A stretch of 57,027 bases of DNA, taken from IMG/VR virus record IMGVR_UViG_3300010371_000009, positions 1-57,027 of that record; one strand, 5' to 3'. This document shows positions 19,818 to 28,780 of this stretch, piece by piece (position 1 is the first letter of the stretch; each line of letters starts with the position of its first letter). The stretch comes from a virus (lineage: Duplodnaviria; Caudoviricetes). Below the pieces are notes generated by a model, which searched no databases, had not been told where the DNA came from, and worked only from the letters and a program-made list of their open reading frames with translations. The position numbers and the translations under genes are program-made.

Positions 19818-20217
19818 GCCTGAAATGACTTATCAATTCTGGTTAACTTTAGGTGGAATGGTTGTAACGTTCTTATTTAGCGTTATCACGATCACAGCTA
19901 AAGTTACCAGAATTGTTACAACGCATGAAACTAATGTTGATGCAAAGCTAATAGCTCATGATGTTGAAGTGAAAACATTTGTTAGACAAAAGATAGAAGA
20001 TGACGGTAAGCTGCTACGCGATAATATTTCTGAAACTCTACGATCAATTAAAACTCACATAGAACGCTACGAAGAAAAGCATTATAAGCTAGAATTGTAC
20101 ATAAGAGATAATTATATTGAAGTACCAACTTTCAAAGATGCTTTGACAGATATTAAATCATTGATTGTTGAAGTCAAAGAAAAATTAGACAATCTCACAG
20201 AATTAAAACTACGATAG
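19804..20217 (+). CDS. membrane-anchored coiled-coil protein (holin/inner-spanin-like)
   Basis: One N-terminal TM (FWLTLGGMVVTFLFSVITI) then coiled coil; start uncertain. Confidence 0.55.
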   Translation: MKINKPEMTYQFWLTLGGMVVTFLFSVITITAKVTRIVTTHETNVDAKLIAHDVEVKTFVRQKIEDDGKLLRDNISETLRSIKTHIERYEEKHYKLELYIRDNYIEVPTFKDALTDIKSLIVEVKEKLDNLTELKLR

Positions 20218-20232
20218 CCGGGGGATTTTTAA

Positions 20233-20793
20233 ATGATAAAGTCTATACTCGCTATAACCATGTTTGCTGCTTTAACAAGTTCCGCTAATGCCAATCCAAC
20301 AATTGATTTAAAAAATGAATTTTGTGGAGCTAGATATTGTGGGCAAGTCTCAACCTACTCGAAACGTAAAGTTATAGCTCATAAACACAAGCGTTATTTA
20401 AAAAAGCGTGTCGCTCATAAGGCTAAAAAAATTCACCTAGCCTCGCTAGGTCCGATCACGAATGAGCCAACCCATAATAATCTAATAGCCAAGGCGAGCC
20501 AATATATCGGCATGAATGCGCGTCAAGTTGGCGTGCGGCTTAACCTTTGGTGCAGCGCCTTTTTGCGTAAATTAACCAATGCTAAAGGTGTTGATGATCG
20601 TGCAATTAGTTGGTTAAAACGTCCGCGTACAGCTAAACGCATTGGCGCTATCGCTGTAATGGCGCACCATGTCGGCATTGTAAAAGGATTTGATAGGAGT
20701 GGTAATCCAATTCTTATAAGTGGCAATCACGGTCATAGGGTTGGTGTAGGAGTTTATTCAAAATATCGCATATTAGCTTATGTTGAAGCTTAA
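20233..20793 (+). CDS. secreted CHAP/NlpC-like cell-wall peptidase (TIGR02594-like)
   Basis: Signal peptide ending ANA; WCSAF...HHVGIV...ISGNHG catalytic Cys/His motifs. Confidence 0.75.
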   Translation: MIKSILAITMFAALTSSANANPTIDLKNEFCGARYCGQVSTYSKRKVIAHKHKRYLKKRVAHKAKKIHLASLGPITNEPTHNNLIAKASQYIGMNARQVGVRLNLWCSAFLRKLTNAKGVDDRAISWLKRPRTAKRIGAIAVMAHHVGIVKGFDRSGNPILISGNHGHRVGVGVYSKYRILAYVEA

Positions 20794-20797
20794 AAAG

Positions 20798-20823
20798 AAA
20801 AAGCCCCAATTAAGGGGCTTTTT
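20798..20823. terminator. bidirectional intrinsic terminator at the convergence of late and replication arms
   Basis: aaaaagcccc-aattaa-ggggcttttt. Confidence 0.88.
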
Positions 20824-20825
20824 AA

Positions 20826-21134
20826 TTACCATCTACCGCCTTCACACCAATAATAAAAATTATGTGGAAATGCACCTACCGGACTAACTCTAGCCCCACC
20901 TTTATTTTTAGTCATCCATTTAAGAAAATCAGGATATTCAGGACGTTGCGTTGCATCTTCAGCAATCTTATTTCTTTCGTATTGATATTTCCAATCTTGA
21001 AAATCATCACTATTTACCATCAACCTCGACATATTAGAACGATGTTGTTGATACAATGGAAAAAGAGGATGATTTTCATCTGCTTTAGAAGCATGACCAT
21101 ATTTAGCTGGCAACGCTGCTTTAGACATATCCAT
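20826..21134 (-). CDS. hypothetical protein
   Basis: ORF with GGAGG RBS and its own promoter. Confidence 0.75.
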   Translation of the reverse strand: MDMSKAALPAKYGHASKADENHPLFPLYQQHRSNMSRLMVNSDDFQDWKYQYERNKIAEDATQRPEYPDFLKWMTKNKGGARVSPVGAFPHNFYYWCEGGRW

Positions 21135-21166
21135 TTGTCATTCCTCCTGTTTCATTTAACAAAGCC

Positions 21167-21195
21167 AATATACATTTAAACCTTCAGGCTGTCAA
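21167..21195 (-). promoter_or_regulatory. sigma70-type promoter
   Basis: TTGACA-17-TATATT on minus strand. Confidence 0.75.
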
Positions 21196-21199
21196 GCAC

Positions 21200-21460
21200 T
21201 CAAAATGGGCTAAAATTACCCATTGATTGTCCAGCATCACGCGGTTCACAATAATTAAGCTTTCCAGACATTTTTGCAGCTTCAGGATTCAAATTCCAAC
21301 GTTGATATTCTGGAACATCGTTAATATCATCTGGATTGACATAAAGCGTCACCAAACAACGATTTGAAATCTTCACAATTGTACCAATCCAACCATCATT
21401 AGATTTAACCCGTTGGCCAACAAAGAAAGTTTGATTGTTGCAATTAGTTACCTTGTTCAT
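21200..21460 (-). CDS. hypothetical protein (SH3/KOW-like)
   Basis: FFVGQRVKS..GWIGTIVKI; AGGAG RBS. Confidence 0.7.
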   Translation of the reverse strand: MNKVTNCNNQTFFVGQRVKSNDGWIGTIVKISNRCLVTLYVNPDDINDVPEYQRWNLNPEAAKMSGKLNYCEPRDAGQSMGNFSPF

Positions 21461-21487
21461 GTGACTAGCTCCTGTTTGATATTCAAG

Positions 21488-21515
21488 AGTATATACATTT
21501 TAAAGCTTCAGTCAA
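21488..21515 (-). promoter_or_regulatory. sigma70-type promoter
   Basis: TTGACT-16-TATACT on minus strand. Confidence 0.65.
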
Positions 21516-21754
21516 CTATAAAAACGATTTGATTTTTTACGAAACCTTGAAACGTCAACAGACGCAGCAGCTTGAATTTCTTTTTCTGAAGCCTTTCTAG
21601 CAGGCTGCATCGAACGAAATCCATTATCCCAATCAATACCACCTTCAGAGAATTTGATTGAGCCAAGCTTTGTGGTTCCACAAATATAAGGATTGTCTGA
21701 AGCTTGTTTGCCTTCTTTAGCAGCTTTCATTCCATCTTTGTAGGCTTCAGACAT
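21512..21754 (-). CDS. Rmf/CrpP-like small protein
   Basis: AYKDGMKAAKEG...DNPY...WDNGF resembles the ribosome-modulation-factor fold motif. Confidence 0.5.
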   Translation of the reverse strand: MSEAYKDGMKAAKEGKQASDNPYICGTTKLGSIKFSEGGIDWDNGFRSMQPARKASEKEIQAAASVDVSRFRKKSNRFYS

Positions 21755-21779
21755 ATCTTGCTCCCATTTGATGTTTTAG

Positions 21780-21808
21780 ATCATACAGGAATTAAAATTA
21801 TTAGTCAA
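21780..21808 (-). promoter_or_regulatory. sigma70-type promoter
   Basis: TTGACT-17-TATGAT on minus strand. Confidence 0.65.
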
Positions 21809-23740
21809 CTAGAAAAATGATACTTGCTTAGGTTTTTTCATGTACCCACAATCTTGAAGCATTTCCAACGTTTTATTGATGTACCAAGCATAATTTATAT
21901 CGTCTGGAAAGGCTTCTGGTAAGTCCATACAAGGCTTGGCACCTTCTGTATCTGGTACTTTATAATTATTTGATACCTTGTTAATAGTTCCGACTACATT
22001 TTTAGCAAAGTACCAACGTACTACTTTGCCCAAATATTCACCATCTTTGTGGGCACCACCTGTAACATTCCGTATTTCGACAAATCGCGTTATATCTTTG
22101 CATTCTTTAATTGTTTTTTCAATAGGAATGCCTTTACCAAGCAATAATTTTATAGCATCTGCACAAATTAAATATTGACAATTTTTGTCTAATTGTGTTC
22201 CGCTTTGTGATCCTACTTCAGCGTAACTACCTTTAACTTTAACCGATCCGTCTAACTTTAATGCAAAATAAGAATTAACATCGCGTGCATGATATTCTTT
22301 GTATTGAGTTTCTTCAGTCTTGAATTTTGTTTCTTTTTCCCAAAAGTCAATCCAATATAATAATTTTTCATATTCATTTCGTTTACAATAAATGACAATA
22401 CCATCTGTGTTACCAGATATTATTTTAAATCCATTACAAGTTAGAATTTCAACTAGCATAAGAATTGATAATTGTCCTGTTATCGTCATATGAATATATG
22501 ATTTAGGAGAATACAAGCGGCTATGCTGCGAATTTAATTTTCCGCTTGTACCATTGATAAGAATTTTCAAACCTTTATCATATGTAAATTGTTTTGTCTT
22601 TTTAGCTTCTACTCGTTCATCTTTGAAGCCTTTGTAAATACTTAGAAAAGACGGACCAAGCTGTTCTGGATATAGACCAAGCGTCAAGAGAATATCTGGA
22701 TAATAGCTAGTTACATCGCGATCAACAATAATGTAATCTTCATCAGCTTTGTATGTGATACATTTTTCACAGCTATGTAATCCACCAATACCAAATGAAA
22801 ATTCCAATCCATTTATGGTCACACTTCTATCTTTTAACAATCGTGGAGTATCAATGGTGCCAAATTCATTGACAACAAAATCTGACTTTAAAACAGCATT
22901 TAATAATTTTTTCAATTCGTCAGTAGCATAGCGAATGTAGCTTGGCTTTTCATATTTGAAAGAATATCCAGCTTTAATATCGCTTTTGGGAGGATACTTG
23001 CCTAGAGCTTTTCCTACTTCTTTAGATATGACAACTTCTGCAATTTGAGCATCAGATTTGCTCATAAGATTTTCATGATAGCGCAAGCTCATATCTTTGC
23101 GTAACTCTAAGCGTTCCTTCATAAAATGAAAAAGTAATTCGGTAGTGTCAAGATCATTAAAATTGTAATGTTTGATTATTAGCTTTTCTTCTTCAGTTAG
23201 TTCTTTCTCAATATCAAATGGCAACTCTTGAATGCGTGGAGCGTGAAGCCTAGCACCATAAAGCTTTAAGCTACCTTTTAAAGGTGCAACTTCAATCAAG
23301 TCTATTGTGTTTGTTGGAAATATCTTAAATTGAAATTGAGATTGTGCTTGCTGATAATAAAGATTTTCAAAAATAATAGCGTTAGACAATTGTTGTAAAT
23401 CTCGAACATCTTGCGTTACATAGCTATACCAAATGATCGGAAGATCGTACTTTAACCAATTGAAACCAACTGTTGTATAGTTGTGCATCAACCATGATAA
23501 TTTTCGTTCATTGAACGGTGGTTCAAATACTATATATTTTTTTGTCTTTACATCTTTGAATGAAATCAGAAAATAATTTTTAAACGTTTCAGTATCACCA
23601 ATAAGAATACCGCCAGCACCAGAAAGAATTTCCTGGTCTGTCATGTATTCTACAGTTTTAAATGGCCTAGGTTTATAAGGCTTTAACTTAACTTTGTCTT
23701 GAGAGAGTTCTATAAAGCCTTCATCATTTAAGATTGGCAT
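21809..23740 (-). CDS. DNA polymerase, family B-like
   Basis: Exonuclease DTET and GFNWLKYD; polymerase motifs DVTSYYP, KILINGTSGK, GNTDG. Confidence 0.9.
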   Translation of the reverse strand: MPILNDEGFIELSQDKVKLKPYKPRPFKTVEYMTDQEILSGAGGILIGDTETFKNYFLISFKDVKTKKYIVFEPPFNERKLSWLMHNYTTVGFNWLKYDLPIIWYSYVTQDVRDLQQLSNAIIFENLYYQQAQSQFQFKIFPTNTIDLIEVAPLKGSLKLYGARLHAPRIQELPFDIEKELTEEEKLIIKHYNFNDLDTTELLFHFMKERLELRKDMSLRYHENLMSKSDAQIAEVVISKEVGKALGKYPPKSDIKAGYSFKYEKPSYIRYATDELKKLLNAVLKSDFVVNEFGTIDTPRLLKDRSVTINGLEFSFGIGGLHSCEKCITYKADEDYIIVDRDVTSYYPDILLTLGLYPEQLGPSFLSIYKGFKDERVEAKKTKQFTYDKGLKILINGTSGKLNSQHSRLYSPKSYIHMTITGQLSILMLVEILTCNGFKIISGNTDGIVIYCKRNEYEKLLYWIDFWEKETKFKTEETQYKEYHARDVNSYFALKLDGSVKVKGSYAEVGSQSGTQLDKNCQYLICADAIKLLLGKGIPIEKTIKECKDITRFVEIRNVTGGAHKDGEYLGKVVRWYFAKNVVGTINKVSNNYKVPDTEGAKPCMDLPEAFPDDINYAWYINKTLEMLQDCGYMKKPKQVSFF

Positions 23741-23880
23741 CTATAGCAAATCCAAAGGTCTTTAGTCGGTTCATATTTAGCTGCTACATTTGAAATAAAC
23801 TGCCCACAACGCGAACATTTTACATACGTTATAGTTTGATCCGGCTTTGTTGATAAGTCCCAACCTACATATTTAACCAT
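23728..23880 (-). CDS. 50-aa zinc-ribbon protein (below ORF-track cutoff)
   Basis: MVKYVGWDLS...KCSRCG...WICYRCQS*; fills the gap between the clamp and polymerase genes. Confidence 0.6.
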   Translation of the reverse strand: MVKYVGWDLSTKPDQTITYVKCSRCGQFISNVAAKYEPTKDLWICYRCQS

Positions 23881-24874
23881 ATCCTGCTATAACCCCTCTA
23901 ATGTTCTTTCCATAAAACACTAGCATAGAATGGCGACCAGATACATTGAAATCTATGGTGTTGACATAAGGCTTAATCATTTGAAGATAGCGAATTGAAA
24001 ATTCAGGTGCAGCTTTCAATCCGTCAATTTCATAGATAGCGCCTTTTCCTTCTTCTTTATGCGTTCGCATTTTACCATCTTCTAAAAATATAGAGCCTTT
24101 TTCAGAAAATGAAGCGATGGTATCCAACCCATTAAAAAAATCAGCCGGTATTGGTGCAGGATGGCATGGCGTTTCTAATATGTGGGCAAGCGTTGGCCAT
24201 TTCTCTGCATATAGCTGACTTCTAACCCATGAATTGTCATCAAAGAAAAAAGTCACAGTTGAATTACTAAAACCAATTTTAGTAAGCTGTTTTTTAGTTT
24301 TTGTCACAGAAGGAATTATAGACTTTGGAATTGGAATATCAGTTGGTAAATTCAAACCATGCCAATATTCAAATATGATTTTTCCATCTGTAGCTACTAT
24401 GGATTGGCCGTTTAAAAGAAATGATTGTGTAACCAGTCTTTGAGCATTTTCAGTTTTGATAGCTTCGATTACTTCCATCGCTTCTTTTAAACGATTATCA
24501 ACATCGTATGAAGGTGCATCTGGATTTTGAAATCCTAATAGAGTTGGATCAATACACGGAATGATAGCTTTAAATTTTCCAGCTTTGATAGAAAGTTTAG
24601 AAGCGTCTAATTGAGTAAGAGAATAATTATCCCCACACTTTTTCAACGCTTCTAGTAAGATTTTAGCTCTAGGCGCAGCATATATTTCTTCATCTATAAT
24701 TTGACCACCTGCTATAATCCCATTGAACGCCGTTGCTGTTTTATTGCTTAACAGCAAATGACATTCGTAAGGTGCGCCTTCATCTTTCATAAACAATGAA
24801 AGAAATTCAACAGCTTCTAAAAGCTTCGATTTTTCTTGTATCTTTTCTGAAGGCTTAGCAGATTTGCGCGCCAT
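23873..24874 (-). CDS. sliding clamp (DNA pol III beta-like)
   Basis: 333 aa with IVATDGK, SQLYAEKWP, FSIRYL and RGVI motifs; adjacent to the polymerase. Confidence 0.65.
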   Translation of the reverse strand: MARKSAKPSEKIQEKSKLLEAVEFLSLFMKDEGAPYECHLLLSNKTATAFNGIIAGGQIIDEEIYAAPRAKILLEALKKCGDNYSLTQLDASKLSIKAGKFKAIIPCIDPTLLGFQNPDAPSYDVDNRLKEAMEVIEAIKTENAQRLVTQSFLLNGQSIVATDGKIIFEYWHGLNLPTDIPIPKSIIPSVTKTKKQLTKIGFSNSTVTFFFDDNSWVRSQLYAEKWPTLAHILETPCHPAPIPADFFNGLDTIASFSEKGSIFLEDGKMRTHKEEGKGAIYEIDGLKAAPEFSIRYLQMIKPYVNTIDFNVSGRHSMLVFYGKNIRGVIAGYG

Positions 24875-24885
24875 GATTTACCTAT

Positions 24886-25212
24886 TCACGCCATATAGTG
24901 CCATTCTTGTAAACGCTTTTCTTTTAAAAGACTTCTTTCACTAATAAATTTAGCATCTAATTTAAATCTTTCTATAGTCAAATTTATTCCTGCTAGAACA
25001 TCTGCTATTTCTTGTTCTAGCCAAACCTTATTTGGCTTTTTAGTAACAGGCTCGCATTCGTCAACACCTTGAATAATACAACGTGCGATAGCTGCACCTA
25101 ATTCATTGACTTCTTCAGCTAACTTACCTAGATGCTTTAAGTCAATCGAATTTTTTATAGGGTGCCAAGGATTTAATTTTGTATCGGCGTTATCCATTTT
25201 TATTTCTTTCAT
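24886..25212 (-). CDS. MazG-like NTP pyrophosphohydrolase
   Basis: KLAEEVNEL...LEQEIADV acidic motif; start may be 25197. Confidence 0.75.
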   Translation of the reverse strand: MKEIKMDNADTKLNPWHPIKNSIDLKHLGKLAEEVNELGAAIARCIIQGVDECEPVTKKPNKVWLEQEIADVLAGINLTIERFKLDAKFISERSLLKEKRLQEWHYMA

Positions 25213-25543
25213 TTTCAGCTTCTACAGCTTCTTTAATTTGCTTTTCTGTTTTATCATGCCAAAGCTTTAAAGTAGAAGCGTTTGCAGCAACTCTAATCTT
25301 TTCTAAAAATTCAAATACATTCTTTTCTTTTTCACCACACCAGAAAGTAACAGCAGACCTATCATCATCACGTCCAGGAATATAATGTAATTCAGGTGCA
25401 GACTTTAAGAAAATTCTAAGTCCATAGTTTTTCATTGGCAAGCCTGTTCGGCTGCTAACGTATTCTGCTGTTACAATTTCAGCGCGCGGCATTTCTGCAA
25501 TTTCTTCATTAATCAATTCTTCTGTATAGACATTAATTCGCAT
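25190..25543 (-). CDS. hypothetical protein
   Basis: 117-aa ORF in the operon. Confidence 0.75.
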   Translation of the reverse strand: MRINVYTEELINEEIAEMPRAEIVTAEYVSSRTGLPMKNYGLRIFLKSAPELHYIPGRDDDRSAVTFWCGEKEKNVFEFLEKIRVAANASTLKLWHDKTEKQIKEAVEAENERNKNG

Positions 25544-25871
25544 TGCTATTCCCCATAAATTCTACAAGATAGTTTTGAAACCAAGCTGCCTTCTGATAAT
25601 CTTCAGCTTCATTTCCTTTGTGCTTGGCTCTATCATTGTAAGTGTAAACACAGCCTTTCAGATAACCAATAAATTCTTCTTTTGTCATACGATTGCGCAT
25701 GACTTTGATCGCTTCATATATGTTATCAGCACCACCATAATGTGACGGATGATTAACGTTATCTCTAACTACATAATCATCAGGAAGTTTAATTTTTAAA
25801 GATGATCCTATTTTAGGAAAAATGCTTTTATCTACAGTAATTTTATTACGTTTTGATTTTAGCTTAGCCAT
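25533..25871 (-). CDS. DUF3310 (T7 gp1.7-like nucleotide kinase) protein
   Basis: DNVNHPSHY...EAI...GYLKG...Y..RAKHKG..EDYQKAAW. Confidence 0.85.
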   Translation of the reverse strand: MAKLKSKRNKITVDKSIFPKIGSSLKIKLPDDYVVRDNVNHPSHYGGADNIYEAIKVMRNRMTKEEFIGYLKGCVYTYNDRAKHKGNEAEDYQKAAWFQNYLVEFMGNSNAN

Positions 25872-26163
25872 TCTCTATGATCCTTCTTGCTTCTGCTATA
25901 CTTAATTTAATTCCAGCGTCTTTGGCTTTTCTAGTTAGTCGATAAGCCTTTTTGTTTTTCTTGTACCACTTACGTCTGCTTAGGTTGTGCTTCTCTTTAT
26001 TGTTTTTCCACCATAACAAAGAAGCCTTATTCTTCTTTTCTTTATGTGATTGATAATAATTTTTAAAATATTCAGTACGTTTTCCATTGTAAGATTTATT
26101 GTGCTCTGCTTTATCAAAATGGAATTTCGTCGTGGCATTCCCATTTAACGCAACCATAAGCAA
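25864..26163 (-). CDS. basic hypothetical protein
   Basis: K/Y/W-rich helical repeats; start uncertain. Confidence 0.5.
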   Translation of the reverse strand: MLMVALNGNATTKFHFDKAEHNKSYNGKRTEYFKNYYQSHKEKKNKASLLWWKNNKEKHNLSRRKWYKKNKKAYRLTRKAKDAGIKLSIAEARRIIENG

Positions 26164-26350
26164 TAATCCTAGCTGGTGGTTTTAATCCATTAGCCAATTT
26201 ACAACTTTCGTTTTGCTCATTAAAATGAATGCAATTGATACAAGATCGAAGCAAACCGTTTTCTTTTGTAGCTTTTTCCAAAGCATAAATCAGTGACGAT
26301 TGAATATCATAAAAGGCATCTGATCTAATTTTAGGTGTCATTTTTTCCAT
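26114..26350 (-). CDS. Cys-rich hypothetical protein
   Basis: CINC..F...C....PP..IIAYGC..W, C-terminal DEIPF. Confidence 0.7.
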   Translation of the reverse strand: MEKMTPKIRSDAFYDIQSSLIYALEKATKENGLLRSCINCIHFNEQNESCKLANGLKPPARIIAYGCVKWECHDEIPF

Positions 26351-26610
26351 ACACCATTATCTGCTATGAGCATTCTAACATCAGTTTCAGTACCTACGAA
26401 CAAAGGTGGCTGACTTGGGCCACTCCAAATACTAACGTAAATTCTTTTGTTCTTTAAAATATATTCTATTTCTTCTTCTGAAAATTCCCAACATGAAACA
26501 CAGTTAACACCATTCTTAAAAATAGGCAATTCAGTACATTGTAAATCATCCATATTAGGCGGCTTTTTTAACTTTACATTTGAACCTTCAAATTTAACCG
26601 GATATGCCAT
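26338..26610 (-). CDS. hypothetical protein
   Basis: 90-aa ORF in the operon. Confidence 0.75.
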   Translation of the reverse strand: MAYPVKFEGSNVKLKKPPNMDDLQCTELPIFKNGVNCVSCWEFSEEEIEYILKNKRIYVSIWSGPSQPPLFVGTETDVRMLIADNGVWKK

Positions 26611-26793
26611 TTAAATATTTTCCATACTTTTTGATAAAATGCAAAGCGCAATTTGAAGTGTTTTATCATCACAAGGTTTATAAAGATAAACGCATTTCTG
26701 ATTACCATTATCTAAAGTGATACATATGCGTATATATGTTTCTGCTTTGTTATTTTTTAAATTAAGATTTTCTAACACTTCTATGTTTGCCAT
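26611..26793 (-). CDS. hypothetical protein
   Basis: 60-aa ORF packed in the operon. Confidence 0.6.
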   Translation of the reverse strand: MANIEVLENLNLKNNKAETYIRICITLDNGNQKCVYLYKPCDDKTLQIALCILSKSMENI

Positions 26794-26795
26794 TT

Positions 26796-28379
26796 TTAAA
26801 ATTCAGCACTTAAAACTTCTGGAAACTTTTTATTAACCCATACTTTGATTTTCTTAGGGCAACGCAATTGAGCTATATAATTCAAAGCTTCATCGGTTGT
26901 AGCTGGTGGCACAGTTTCATGACGCTGTTTCCACCATTGATGAAATTTATGCCTTCCAAGGCCACCTAACGATTGTGGGAATACCCATTCGTTAAAAGAT
27001 CGAATACCGCAAAAATATGTTACCTTAATGGAGGGTGCTTTGCCAATCTTTTCTTGTTTTAAATATATGGCTCTTTCAACGTCAAATTGCTCTACAATTG
27101 GTAAGTCTGATTTTATAAGCTCTGCTGATCCAGAAACTTTAGTAATTTTAATTTCAAATTCAAATTCCATGCCGCACGAAACACAGTGCTTAACTTTAAT
27201 ATGATTGAAAGTCCCACAAGCATCACAGATTTTAATAGGAATGTCGCCTGTACCTTCCCCCTTCTTTCTAGGAATTATAGGATCGTTTATTGGTCCTAGG
27301 CGCGGTGTATTGCGTGCGAAATCCAATACAAGACAGTTAGGCTTACCGTCTGCTGGTCGCGTGCCTCTCCCAAGCATCTGTACCCATAAAGGAACAGACA
27401 TTGTTGGACGAAACATGCCTATAAGATCAATCGCAGGATGGTTGAAACCTGTTGTAAGTTTTCCATAGTTGACAATAGATCGTAGCGAGCCATCTTTAAA
27501 AGCTCTAATAGCTTTGTCATTAAATTCACCAGTGTTTTTAGAATGAACAGCAGCGCAATCTATGCCAAATTGACCAAGCATTTGAGCTATGTGTTCGGCA
27601 TGTTCAATTCCAGAAGCAAATAACAACCATGAACGTCTATCATGCCCACACTCTACCAACTCTCGCAAACCTTGAAACGTGACTTCAGCAACATCAACAG
27701 CGTGTTGCAATTGGCTTTGAATGTATTCGCCTTTGACCATTCCAACATTTGAAACATCTAGCTCTATTTTAGTTCGCCTTGGAATAAGTGCTGATAAGTA
27801 ACCTTCAGCCAAAAGACGATTAAAATTATCCATGCTACAAAGATCATGAACAATGTCTGTAAATAAGCCACCATCGGTTATATATCCTTGTCCCATGCGA
27901 AATGGCGTTGCGGTCATGCCAATAATTTTTACATTTGGATTTATCAATTTTATCGTAGTGAGAAAAGTTTGATACATGCTCGCTTCATCTTGATTAATCA
28001 AATGCGCTTCATCTATAAATACAATATCGCGCCAACCAAATAGACTTGGATTTTTGATACCAGATTGAATGCCAGCATACACTACAGGCATTACAGGGTT
28101 TTTCTCTTTTAGTCCTGCTGAATAAATGCCAAGTGGTGCTGTTGGCCATACTTCTTTTAATACTCCTGCATTTTGTTCGATTAATTCTTTAACATGTGTC
28201 ACCAACAGAAAGCGTTGTGTTGGCCATAGTTTCATTACACTTTCAATAAAAATAGCTGGCACGATTGATTTACCAGTACCAGTTGGCCACGCTAAAACCG
28301 GATTGCCTTTATTACCATTCTGAAAATAATGCCAGATGGCATCAAGACCTTCACGTTGATATGGTCGCAATTTAATCAT
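26796..28379 (-). CDS. SF2 DEAH helicase (RadD/YejH-like) with C-terminal zinc finger
   Basis: LRPYQ, PTGTGKS, DEAH, TATP, QMLGRGTR, CDAC..CVSC. Confidence 0.95.
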   Translation of the reverse strand: MIKLRPYQREGLDAIWHYFQNGNKGNPVLAWPTGTGKSIVPAIFIESVMKLWPTQRFLLVTHVKELIEQNAGVLKEVWPTAPLGIYSAGLKEKNPVMPVVYAGIQSGIKNPSLFGWRDIVFIDEAHLINQDEASMYQTFLTTIKLINPNVKIIGMTATPFRMGQGYITDGGLFTDIVHDLCSMDNFNRLLAEGYLSALIPRRTKIELDVSNVGMVKGEYIQSQLQHAVDVAEVTFQGLRELVECGHDRRSWLLFASGIEHAEHIAQMLGQFGIDCAAVHSKNTGEFNDKAIRAFKDGSLRSIVNYGKLTTGFNHPAIDLIGMFRPTMSVPLWVQMLGRGTRPADGKPNCLVLDFARNTPRLGPINDPIIPRKKGEGTGDIPIKICDACGTFNHIKVKHCVSCGMEFEFEIKITKVSGSAELIKSDLPIVEQFDVERAIYLKQEKIGKAPSIKVTYFCGIRSFNEWVFPQSLGGLGRHKFHQWWKQRHETVPPATTDEALNYIAQLRCPKKIKVWVNKKFPEVLSAEF

Positions 28380-28384
28380 AAAGA

Positions 28385-28780
28385 TTACTTCGTAGTAAGG
28401 AATTCTGCAATCATATGTGTGTTACGTCTATGTAGCATGTTTAACATATCAGCAGCTTGATATTTATTCATCGGCTCTGGATCAACAAAATATTGCATAC
28501 CAAATTGTTTAGGATTATCTTTAAAATGAACGCTTTGAAATATTTCTAGCTTGCCCATATTATCAACAGCGCAATGAACACGCGCGGTATAAGGCAAAGA
28601 TATAGTTGCAAACATTGATTTAGAATGTAACTCTATAGGTTGATTTTTATCAACGCTAACGCCTAAACCTTTTTCATGTTGTAATAGTTCCATTTGATAT
28701 TCTAGCTGTCGTATCTTACCTAACAACACCATTTCGACTGGTGTGTTAGCTTCAAAATTTAGATCAAATTTATCTATCAT
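28385..28780 (-). CDS. hypothetical protein
   Basis: 131-aa ORF in the operon. Confidence 0.7.
   Translation of the reverse strand: MIDKFDLNFEANTPVEMVLLGKIRQLEYQMELLQHEKGLGVSVDKNQPIELHSKSMFATISLPYTARVHCAVDNMGKLEIFQSVHFKDNPKQFGMQYFVDPEPMNKYQAADMLNMLHRRNTHMIAEFLTTK

Noticed and set aside
25864-26163. HNH homing endonuclease
   Set aside because: Has the basic helical repeats often seen in such proteins but no HNH motif
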